Of a stretch of DNA of 64,000 nucleotides, positions 52,705 to 61,366 are shown piece by piece. Position 1 is the first letter of the stretch; every line of letters begins with the position of its first letter. This stretch comes from Myxococcales bacterium. Lineage in GTDB: Bacteria; Desulfobacterota; Binatia; HRBIN30. Both the position numbers and the translations under genes were made by a program. The notes beneath the pieces were generated by a model. That model ran no database searches. It saw only the letters and a list, made by a program, of their open reading frames with translations, and was not told where the DNA came from. Location of the stretch: the NCBI GenBank assembly GCA_037445065.1, contig JBBILD010000016.1, positions 27,296 through 91,295 of the forward strand. The letters are read 5' to 3'.

Positions 52705-54300
52705 ATGGAGATGCGCGTTGCGAGCGGCATCTTGTTGATGTCGCTGTTTGTTGGCAACCTTGCCGGGGCGGCGAGCGCGCCGGAAGTTCGCTGCGGCGTG
52801 CGCAAGTTAGGGGCCGCGGCGCGTGCCTGCCGGGCACTGTTCTTGGCCGAGGCGAGCTTCTTTTCCAACGGCGACGCGGCGCGGCGGGAGGCTCTGTCGG
52901 CCACTGCGCGGGCTCGCTTTGTCGAGGCTTGGAACGGGGCCGAGCGGCTCGACCCGAGCGGTACGTGTGCAGCGCTCAGTGCCCCTGGGGATGGGGCGGC
53001 GAGTCGGTTGCCGCGAGCGGTGGCCGCAGCGGTGGAAGCCTTGCCCGGGAGCGACGCCTGCCGCGCTAAGTTACTCAGGGCGTTAGCCGGGCAGTGTGCG
53101 CGCGCCCTGCGTAGCGAGCAGCCGTTCGTGCGTGGCAGCCAACGGGCGCTGGCAGCACGGGCCCGTGCGGTGGCCGGCATTCGCGCCCGCCTGCAATCCG
53201 CGTTTCCGGCGGAGTGTGTGGCCACAACCAGTGCCCAGGAGGCCGCCGAGGCGCTCTTCCGCACGGCGGGGATCGCGATCGGGGATGCCACCACGCGCGG
53301 CCTGCGGCCGCTGGGCGAGGAGGCAGGCATCGCGATCGGGGCTGCAATCGAACCGCACGAGGTCGCCTCGGACTCGGCTTATGCCGCGGCACTGGCGCGC
53401 GAGATCGGCTCGCTCACTGCCGAGAATGCCATGAAGTGGGGCCCGATCCACCCACAACAAAGCGTGTATGACTTTGCCGCAGCGGATGCCGTGGTAGCGC
53501 TGGCCGATGCCGCGGGGCGGCGCTTGCGTGGGCACACGTTGGTGTGGGGGCAGATGCAGTTGCCGCCGTATGTCGAGAACGCGACCAGCGCGGAGGAGTT
53601 GCGAGGGTACCTGACGGGTCATATCGCCACGGTTGTGGGCCGCTGGGCTGGCCGCATCGCGCAGTGGGATGTGGTCAACGAGCCGCTGCCGGCGCTGGGC
53701 GAGCCGGCAGGGCCGGACGGGCTCGACGACAACGTCTTCCTGCGCTTACTCGGGCCCGGCTATATTGCCGAGGCGCTGACTCTCGCGCGGGCCGCCGACC
53801 CGGGTGCCAAACTCTTCCTGAACGAAAACGGAATCGAGGCCCCTGGGCCGCGCCAGGATCGCTTTTTCGCCCTCGTGCAAGATCTCCTCGCCGTTGGCGC
53901 TCCACTCGACGGTGTCGGCTTCCAAGCCCACATCGGTCTGATCCCGTGGGGCCAATACCCGGATGGTGCGACCATCGAAGCCTCGCTCCGCCGCTTTGCC
54001 GACCTCGGCCTCGATGTGGAACTCACCGAACTCGACTTGAGCTTGTTCTTCCGTGGCGGCGACGTGCCGAGCCGCATCGAATTCCAAGGCGACTACGCGC
54101 GCGAGGTGATCGAGGCATGCACGCGGGTGCCACGCTGCACAGGGGTGACCTTCTGGGGCCTCTCGGACCGCTACTCCTGGATCCGCACGTTTCTCGGGAT
54201 TACGGATTGGCCCTTGCCTTTCGACGAAAATTGGCAGCGAAAGCCCGCTTACTTCGGGGCCCGCGCCGCACTCGCCACCGCCGCCCTGCGCAAGTCGTGA
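52705..54300 (+). CDS. GH10 endo-1,4-beta-xylanase with Cys-rich N-terminal domain
   Basis: ENAMKW, RGHTLVW, WDVVNEP, GFQAH, TELD. Confidence 0.92.
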   Translation: MEMRVASGILLMSLFVGNLAGAASAPEVRCGVRKLGAAARACRALFLAEASFFSNGDAARREALSATARARFVEAWNGAERLDPSGTCAALSAPGDGAASRLPRAVAAAVEALPGSDACRAKLLRALAGQCARALRSEQPFVRGSQRALAARARAVAGIRARLQSAFPAECVATTSAQEAAEALFRTAGIAIGDATTRGLRPLGEEAGIAIGAAIEPHEVASDSAYAAALAREIGSLTAENAMKWGPIHPQQSVYDFAAADAVVALADAAGRRLRGHTLVWGQMQLPPYVENATSAEELRGYLTGHIATVVGRWAGRIAQWDVVNEPLPALGEPAGPDGLDDNVFLRLLGPGYIAEALTLARAADPGAKLFLNENGIEAPGPRQDRFFALVQDLLAVGAPLDGVGFQAHIGLIPWGQYPDGATIEASLRRFADLGLDVELTELDLSLFFRGGDVPSRIEFQGDYAREVIEACTRVPRCTGVTFWGLSDRYSWIRTFLGITDWPLPFDENWQRKPAYFGARAALATAALRKS

Positions 54301-54552
54301 GAGCGCGGGGGGGCGGTGGGTGGCAATGCGAGGACTCCGATCAATCGGTCCTGTGAGTAGGTCGACGGCAACCGAGCGGCTTTTTGTTGGGGTTCTTACC
54401 CGACGCGTTGCGGAAAGCGCCCCCTAGTCGGGTTTTACGCCCCCGACGGAAGGCCTTTTTCTCAGGCCACCTCATGCGCGGGCCGAGTGGTTTGAAATGC
54501 TGGTATCCGCAAGGACAGCGGTCCGTCGTGACGGAACCGGTGGAAGGTCCTT

Positions 54553-55151
54553 GTGATCGAGAATCACCCGCCGGATGTTCCTGCGGCGTTCGAGATCTCC
54601 CTCGAGGAGCTGGAGGCAGAGATCGAGTTCATCAACAGCGTCGGGGCGCAAGCCTTCCAGTTGCGCGGCTACGAGAGGCGAAAAAGGCCCCACAGTTCGC
54701 AGGCGAGATCACCGCCCTTCGAGCCAGAGTGGCGGCGTTGCGCAAGGAGTGGAACGCCTTGCAGGCTGCTACCGCGTCGCAACGGGACGCAGAGAGCTAC
54801 GCGCAGCGGGAGAATCGGGGCCGGCTGCGGAAGGGGGCGCGGACTCCAGAATCGGCGTAGTCCGTGCCCATCCTGCAAGCGCTCGATGCCATCGGTGGGC
54901 GAGGTAACGTCGGCGGGGTGTTGGCGCGGGTCGAGCACCGCATGGAGGGCAGCCTGAGGGGAGTAGATGACAAGCCGCTCGCGAGTGAGCCGCAAATGCC
55001 GCGCCGGCGCAGCGCTGGGCAAGGGGCGCGCTACAGCAGGGTGCAAGAAGGACTCCTCAAGCCTGATTCGCCACCGGGTGTGGGGAAGATTTCCGAGGCG
55101 GGGCGGCGTTCCTTGGAAGTGTTGCGTCGTCAGGGGCGAACAAACCCTTGA
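54553..55151 (+). pseudogene. Coiled-coil plus Mrr N-terminal wHTH gene, disrupted
   Basis: Frameshift near 54675, TAG at 54858; PILQALDAIGG, GLLKPDSPPGV; paralogue of 59801-60439. Confidence 0.8.
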
Positions 55152-55164
55152 CTGCATGAGACGA

Positions 55165-55230
55165 TGCTTTGCAGCCAGCAACCCGAAAGGCGCCTCGACG
55201 GCTTTGAGGATTGCACAGCACATTTTGAGA
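55165..55230 (+). pseudogene. tcmP: C-terminal stub of three-Cys-motif partner protein TcmP
   Basis: [21 protein letters not shown] immediately before DUF5131, the usual position of tcmP. Confidence 0.6.
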
Positions 55231-55238
55231 TCGGAAAG

Positions 55239-55961
55239 ATGGCCGGCCGCTCGAAAATCGAATGGACGCAGGCGACGTGGAACCCAGTGACCAGCTGCAC
55301 AAAGGTCAGTGCTGGCTGCAAAAACTGTTACGCCGAGCGCCTGGCGAGGCGGCTCAAGGCGATGGGCAACGCGCGCTACCGCAACGGCTTCGCGGTCACC
55401 TTGCACCCTGATCTGATGGATCTCCCGAAGCGGTGGCGGGAGCCGCGGCTCATCTTCGTCAACTCGATGAGCGATCTCTTCCACGAGCAGGTTCCGGCGG
55501 AGTTCATTGTGCGCGTCTTTGCGACCATGTGGGCCTGCCCACAGCACACTTTTCAGATTCTCACCAAGCGCAGCGCCCGCTTGCGCGAGCTCGCCCCGGA
55601 ATTGGATTGGCCGCCTAACGTCTGGATGGGCGTGAGCGTGGAAAACTCCCGAGTGCTCGAGCGCGTGGAGGATTTGCGCCAGGTGCGCGCGCGAGTTCGC
55701 TTTCTCTCGTGCGCACCGCTACTCGGCCCCCTCGACGACCTGTCGCTCAGAGGCATCGACTGGGTGATCGTCGGGGGCGAAAGTGGCCCACGGGCGCGGG
55801 CGATGAGGCTTGAGTGGGTCGAATCCATTCTGCGCAAGTGCCGCGAGGCAGGCGTACCTTTCTTCTTCAAACAATGGGGCGGTGTCCGGAAGGACTTGAC
55901 GGGCCGCGAGCTGAACGGCCGCACTTACGATGAGTTGCCGCATCCCTCGCTTGCCGGTTGA
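55239..55961 (+). CDS. DUF5131 (phage Gp37/Gp68) family protein
   Basis: [48 protein letters not shown]. Confidence 0.92.
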   Translation: MAGRSKIEWTQATWNPVTSCTKVSAGCKNCYAERLARRLKAMGNARYRNGFAVTLHPDLMDLPKRWREPRLIFVNSMSDLFHEQVPAEFIVRVFATMWACPQHTFQILTKRSARLRELAPELDWPPNVWMGVSVENSRVLERVEDLRQVRARVRFLSCAPLLGPLDDLSLRGIDWVIVGGESGPRARAMRLEWVESILRKCREAGVPFFFKQWGGVRKDLTGRELNGRTYDELPHPSLAG

Positions 55962-56116
55962 GGGAGCCCGACCCTGATCGTGATCGAAGCGGGCTGCTGG
56001 AGGCAGGATGGACCTCACTGCCTGCGAGCTAGATCCGGTGTGACACCCTCGGCAGGTAGGCGGCGGAAAAACCGAGCTCGCGCAGCGTAGCCCGCTCTCG
56101 TCCGCAGCGGACGCAG

Positions 56117-56414
56117 TTGCGTCATCGAGAAGCATCCCTCCGCTGTGACCCCAGCCTTGGACATCTCGCCGGAACGGATCGGGCGGAGAACTCGTTCATC
56201 GGGGAGATCGCCTGGAAGGCGCTCCACAGCCGCACCATGTTGCTCGTCCTCGATCTCGTAGGGGTAGACCTGCGTGTCCGGCCGGACCGCGAACGCCTGC
56301 CTCCCGGCAACTCTGGCGCAAAGGCAAGCGGCACACGCGCAGGTGTGCCCCTACCTCCACGGCATCCGGGAAGACACAAGGCTGCAGCGCTCGCCCTTGG
56401 AAAAGGAGAATCCC
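56117..56414 (+). mobile_element. Internally deleted RAYT (TnpA-REP) relic with internal REP pair 56258-56354
   Basis: RHR..SLR, FIGEI, PHHV/VLDLVG (cf. MPNHVHGI), VGVDLRVRP..GTRAGVPL, IRE..LEKENP. Confidence 0.55.
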
Positions 56415-56819
56415 TTCCACAGGGGGGTAGATGCTGTGCCCGCACGTCGTTCTGGTGGGGGAAAGCCTCCCTGGGCGGGGATACCGAGCCCTGCGTGACG
56501 CGGTGCAGGAAGGGCGCGGGGCACCGGTGCGGGCTCGGGCACCAGGCGAGTAGCCTCTAGCGGCGAACGATGAAGCGGCGTGCGAGAGCGGCGAAGGGGT
56601 AGAGACCCGAACCGCTCGGCCCCCCAACCAATGGGGCCCGCTCCTCGCGCCACGGGTGGTAGACGAGGCGGTGTGTCGGTCGGCAGTCGGATGCTGGGCA
56701 GTGCAGGTCGGAACCGTCGCCACCGGATTTCGCTCTTTTCGCTCCCCCGAGGGTTGTGGCAAGAGGCGGATGGACGTGCTGTTGGCGCGAGGGTGCCAGC
56801 CGAAAGGAGAAATGTCGGA

Positions 56820-59396
56820 GTGACCGGCACGGAACTACTGGATCGGTTCGTTGCGGCCCTGCGCGACGAGGCCAAGGCTCAGCGGGAGAATGGCGGTTCA
56901 CGCATCGAGGTCGAGGACGGCCACCTCCTCCACGAAGCGTCCGATGGGGGAACGTACCACTTCGACTTGATTGCGGACGTTTTTCTTCCCGATGGCGTCC
57001 CTGTCCAAGTGCTGGTGAGTCACAAGCGATACGACGCAGAGGTTCTGCATCGCGAAGGGGATCGAGTCTATCTCGTGGTGCGATGGAAGGAGGGTGAAGA
57101 GCGCCCGCCGCGCGAAATTCCCCACGCGCAGCTCCTCGCCGAACCCTGGTTCCTCATTGAAGAACTCGCGCGTCGTATCGAGGAGCTCGTCAAGGCGGAC
57201 GCCTCTCGCTTGCGAGCCGCTGCCCTGCTCGTGGATCGAATTGCGCCTCGCGCCCCGAGCGAACCGATAGTCCCGCCATACGACCGCACCCACCCGCGCC
57301 CGCACGCCGTCGTTCCATCCCACGCACACGCGCCCAGTAGCGCTAACGAACGCCCCAACCTCTTTCAGCGGCAGGCCGTCGAGGCTTGTCTGCGCGAACC
57401 CCTTTGGTTCGTGTGGGGCCCGCCTGGCACGGGCAAGACGGCTACGCTCGGCAGGCTGGTGTTCGAACGGCGGGAACGGAACGAAACCGTACTGGTTGCC
57501 GCACACGCCAACGTCGCGGTGGACGCAGCGCTGCTCGCTTTCCTGCGTGAACTGGAGGGATCGGCCGGCCCGGTGGACTTCGAGCACCCGCTGGAACCAG
57601 CTGTCGTGCGGGTGGGTCCGGCCGCGCTTGCGGAAGCGAGTGAGCGCAAGGTTTGTTCGAGGGACTGGGCTCTCAGCCGGCGGCCGGATCTCGCCGAGCG
57701 CCTGCGCGCACTCGAGGCCGAGTTGGCAGCACTCGGGAACAAGAAGGAGAAACGGAGCGCCAAGAAACGGGTGAGGAAGACGAAACGGAGCGCAATTGTC
57801 CATGAGTTGAAGGCGGTTCGAGAGGAATTGCGCGCCGAGGAGCGTGCCGTCATCCGCGCGGCGCGGATCGTATTTGCCACGCTGGCCAAGGTGGCCACGG
57901 AGCAAGCGCTGTATGGGCGCGTGTTCGAAGCCGTGGTGGTGGACGAGGCCAGCATGGCCTCGCCGCGGCAGGTGGTGCTCGTCGGCTCACTAGCAGCCAG
58001 GCATCTCTCTATTTTCGGTGACTTCCGGCAGCTCTCGCCCATCGTCATTTCCGAGAGGCCGGAGACCCGTGCCCTGCTCGGCCGCGACGTCTTCGAATGC
58101 GCCGGGGTGGTGCATACCGTTGACGAGGGGAGGGATCCCGAGTCGCTGAGTATGTTGCGAATCCAGTACCGGATGCACCCGCGCATTCGAGAGACCGTTA
58201 GCCGCTTCGCCTACCTCGATCTGCTGGTGGACGCGCCGAGTGCAGTCGAAGGCACCGCGCGCCTCGCCGATTTGTCTCCCAGAGCGGGCAGTGCCGTAGT
58301 GCTTGTGAATAGTGCCGGCTTGGGGGCGGCTGCCTGGTACGATGCGGAGCAGCGTTCCCGCTGGAGCCCGGGGTCGGCGCTATGGGCGTTTCGCTTTGCC
58401 TATGAGCTGCGGGCGGCGGGTGAGGAGGTGGCGCTGCTCACTCCGTACAGGGCGCAAGGGAGGCTGCTCTCCGCATTGGTGCGCGGCTTCGGTTTCCGCG
58501 ACCGGATCGCCACGGGCACTGTGCACCGCTTCCAGGGTGGCGAGCGGCCGGCGGTGGTGCTCGATTTGGTAGACGCCCACCCGCTTTCGGTTCCGGGAAG
58601 GCTTCTCTCCGGCGAGGCTGGCAAACGGCTGATGACGGTCGCTGCGAGCCGCGCGCAAGGAAAGCTCGTCGTCCTGGCGAGCACCAATCTTCTGGCTGGG
58701 CCAGGCCCGGCCAGCGATCTGCTCGATCCGTGGCGGGCGGAAGAATGGGTCCCCCCTGCGGAAAACGGGACGCTACGCACAGATGGCGGCGCAGAGTTGG
58801 CGTTCTTTGCCGACCTGGATGAGGCCTTCGACTCTCTTCGCCACGATGTGGGCACCGCCAAAGCTCACGCCTACCTTCCGCCTGAGATGCCGGCAACGGT
58901 TCTGCCAATGCTCTGCGAGCGCGCCGACGTCCGACCCGCCCCGCGAGGGCAAGCGTTGTGGGTGAACGGGGAGGTTGTGTGGATCTTCGCCGCGCTGCGC
59001 TCGGGTCAATGGTGGGCAGCCCGCGTGAAGGATGCGCGCACAGCACAAGCCACGATCTACTTGCTGAGAGGGCCGCGCCGTGCCGCAGAAGCGGAGGCGA
59101 ATGCGGGCGCTCAAGCTGAGCTGCCCGCGGCCACGGGCCTGCCGCTGTGCCGGAGCTGTGGTGCACCCGTGGACCTCGACACGCAAGGCGACGAGATCGT
59201 TGCGCGCTGCCTGCGTTGTGGCCGCTGGAGGCCGGCGCTCCCCGAGGACTTGACCGGCTGGGCCTCCACCCACATGCTCACGTGTCGTTCGTGCGGGGCA
59301 CCTATGGTCGGGCGGAACGGGAGATGGGGCCTATTCTTCGGCTGCCGTGCGTACCCGAGGTGCCGGGGCATCGTCAACCCCCGCAACGTCCTATAG
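56820..59396 (+). CDS. SF1B (DNA2/NAM7/UPF1-like) helicase with C-terminal Zn ribbons
   Basis: GPPGTGKT, DEAS, GDFRQL, QYRMHP, TPYRAQ, TVHRFQG, SRAQ; CRSCGAPM..GLFFGCRAYPRC; start uncertain. Confidence 0.9.
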   Translation: MTGTELLDRFVAALRDEAKAQRENGGSRIEVEDGHLLHEASDGGTYHFDLIADVFLPDGVPVQVLVSHKRYDAEVLHREGDRVYLVVRWKEGEERPPREIPHAQLLAEPWFLIEELARRIEELVKADASRLRAAALLVDRIAPRAPSEPIVPPYDRTHPRPHAVVPSHAHAPSSANERPNLFQRQAVEACLREPLWFVWGPPGTGKTATLGRLVFERRERNETVLVAAHANVAVDAALLAFLRELEGSAGPVDFEHPLEPAVVRVGPAALAEASERKVCSRDWALSRRPDLAERLRALEAELAALGNKKEKRSAKKRVRKTKRSAIVHELKAVREELRAEERAVIRAARIVFATLAKVATEQALYGRVFEAVVVDEASMASPRQVVLVGSLAARHLSIFGDFRQLSPIVISERPETRALLGRDVFECAGVVHTVDEGRDPESLSMLRIQYRMHPRIRETVSRFAYLDLLVDAPSAVEGTARLADLSPRAGSAVVLVNSAGLGAAAWYDAEQRSRWSPGSALWAFRFAYELRAAGEEVALLTPYRAQGRLLSALVRGFGFRDRIATGTVHRFQGGERPAVVLDLVDAHPLSVPGRLLSGEAGKRLMTVAASRAQGKLVVLASTNLLAGPGPASDLLDPWRAEEWVPPAENGTLRTDGGAELAFFADLDEAFDSLRHDVGTAKAHAYLPPEMPATVLPMLCERADVRPAPRGQALWVNGEVVWIFAALRSGQWWAARVKDARTAQATIYLLRGPRRAAEAEANAGAQAELPAATGLPLCRSCGAPVDLDTQGDEIVARCLRCGRWRPALPEDLTGWASTHMLTCRSCGAPMVGRNGRWGLFFGCRAYPRCRGIVNPRNVL

Positions 59397-59800
59397 GATG
59401 CGGCACGCTCCTGCGGCGGCCCGCAGTGGCTCCGCGCCTCCGAAGGGAAACACTCTGCAGCGAGGGCTCTTGCCGCCGCCGTTGCCCACCGGTGTGAGCA
59501 GGATGTTGGCGGGTAAGAACGAGAAGCGGTACCCACGGCCCAGCCTGATCGCTCCGTGGGGCCCCCGCAGCAGTCGTGCGGGAAGCATTCTGTCTCGCGG
59601 TGGCTCGAGCGCAGGTGCACGAGTCTCCCACACGTACAGGTTCTAGTGGCAGGGTGCGAGACAGGTGTGGCCCTGGGGTTGCCAAGCGGTGCGCTTCTGT
59701 GCTGATTAGCCGGTGTGGACAAGCAGGAGCGGGGCGTGTGGGGGGACCGGTCCATGGCGCAGGCTCGGCAGGGCAGCAGAAAAACCTTCTGGAGGTCATT

Positions 59801-60439
59801 GTGGCTGGGAGCAGGGAGCTCGAGGTAGCCGCCGACTTGGCGCGGTTGGTGCAAGCGATCGAGGCAACCGTCGCGCTCGTCGGGGAGGAGGCTGCAAGCG
59901 CATCCCAAAGGCAAGCGTTCGAGCGGGCACGGGAGATTTTGCGCATTGCCGAAGAAATCGCCGCGGTGCGCAGGCGGCTGGAGGAGCTGCGCGACCGGTG
60001 GAAGGCACTCCCAGATCACTCCCTGCCCGCGAAGCAAGAGCGGCCGGTTTCTAGGGAGGTGGGAACAGGGCTGGAGAGAACCGCAAGGCGGGCGGGAGCG
60101 CCTCGGAGCCCCTTGCCCCAGGGGCAAAAGACCCGTCAGCAGGCCTTTTACGTTCCGATCTTAGAAGCCCTGGAGAGCATGGGCGGGCGCGCTACGTCGC
60201 GCGAGGTTCTGGCGGAGGTGGAGCGACGGATGGCACCACGGCTTACCCCCGTGGACTACGAGAAAATGAAGACATACCCGCACCCACCGCGCTGGCACAA
60301 AACCGCCAACTGGGCTCGCTACGACATGGTCCGCGCAGGGCTGCTCGAATCGAATTCGCCGACCGGAATCTGGGAGATCTCTGCGCGCGGGCGTGAGTAC
60401 CTGCGCCGGGCGAAATCCTCCCCGGGCGGCGGCGCGTGA
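59801..60439 (+). CDS. Coiled-coil plus Mrr N-terminal winged-helix protein with no nuclease domain
   Basis: GGAGG RBS before GTG; PILEALESMGG, RWHKTANWAR..MVRAGLL, GIWEISARG. Confidence 0.85.
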   Translation: MAGSRELEVAADLARLVQAIEATVALVGEEAASASQRQAFERAREILRIAEEIAAVRRRLEELRDRWKALPDHSLPAKQERPVSREVGTGLERTARRAGAPRSPLPQGQKTRQQAFYVPILEALESMGGRATSREVLAEVERRMAPRLTPVDYEKMKTYPHPPRWHKTANWARYDMVRAGLLESNSPTGIWEISARGREYLRRAKSSPGGGA

Positions 60440-60559
60440 GGTTCGTTAGCCGCGCGAGCGCCGACGTGGTTCGTGTCGCCGCGAAGTCCTAGCTTGCAGC
60501 CCTTCTGGAGCTGCTCCTGGTTGACTCGGCACCGCCTGTATTCGGGCGCTCAGCGGGGC

Positions 60560-60823
60560 CCAGACGGCGAAGGTGTCCGCCCGGGCGATGGCGGGACACA
60601 AGTAAACGGCACGCCCGCAGGTCAGCGCAGACCGCGAAGACTCTGCATTGGTCAAAAACGATGGTCGCCGACGTTGGGGTCGAGCCCATGGGATGGGCGC
60701 CGTTTCGAGGACGGCTGTGGCAACTCCTATGGACGCATCGTCCGCACCGACCCCTCGCGCGACCCAGTCTGGGAATAGATCGCGACCGATCCCCAGCGCT
60801 GGCACCTCGGTCAGCAGAACCCG
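60560..60823 (+). mobile_element. RAYT (TnpA-REP) C-terminal relic
   Basis: HWSKTM..GVEPMGWAPFRGRLWQ/SYGRIVR..VWE*IATDPQRWHLGQQNP resembles WFKTM..GWPPF.GRLWQRNYYEHIIR..EYI..NP.RW..D.ENP; one frameshift and one stop. Confidence 0.75.
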
Positions 60824-61366
60824 CGGCGCACGGGCGAGGATACGCTGTCGGAGGACATCCTTCTGTCGCGCAAGGCCGCGCGTGATCGCTGGCCACGCGG
60901 GTCTGGAAGAGGTGATCTATCGGACGGGTTGGCCTCGCTGGTGCAGCGACGGTCGTGGCGACCGGCCGCTCGCACAATTCCTTTCTGCCTCGCTCACCCG
61001 CCGTGACGAACGACGGGGCGTTGGGTGGCAGGAACGGATGCCACAATTCGGAAGAAGGTCGTCGTTCTATTGCGCCCTGTTGTGCTCGCTCGGGCCGTAA
61101 ACTCGGGAGCGTATCGCTCTAGCCTGTGTGCGCAGGATACCACCTTGTCTTACTTGCACTGGAGCTTGTTGAGAGACGACTTGCCCACGCGGCGCCACAA
61201 CGCGCTACGGCTCTCTCCGCACCTGCAGGAGGTACGACAGCAGTTCGCTTTTGCTTGGGAAGCCTTGGCTGAGAAGGTCGGGCAGCGCTAGCCTTCCCGG
61301 CGCTAAGCGCTGCGGCCGAGGAAACTGGACGCGCACTAGGGGGTTACCAGGGAGAGAAACGCTGAG

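Noticed and set aside
56117..60823. One RAYT gene split by insertion of the helicase cassette
   Set aside because: Each relic appears to have its own internal REP segment and its own ENP/QNP terminus, so two copies fit better
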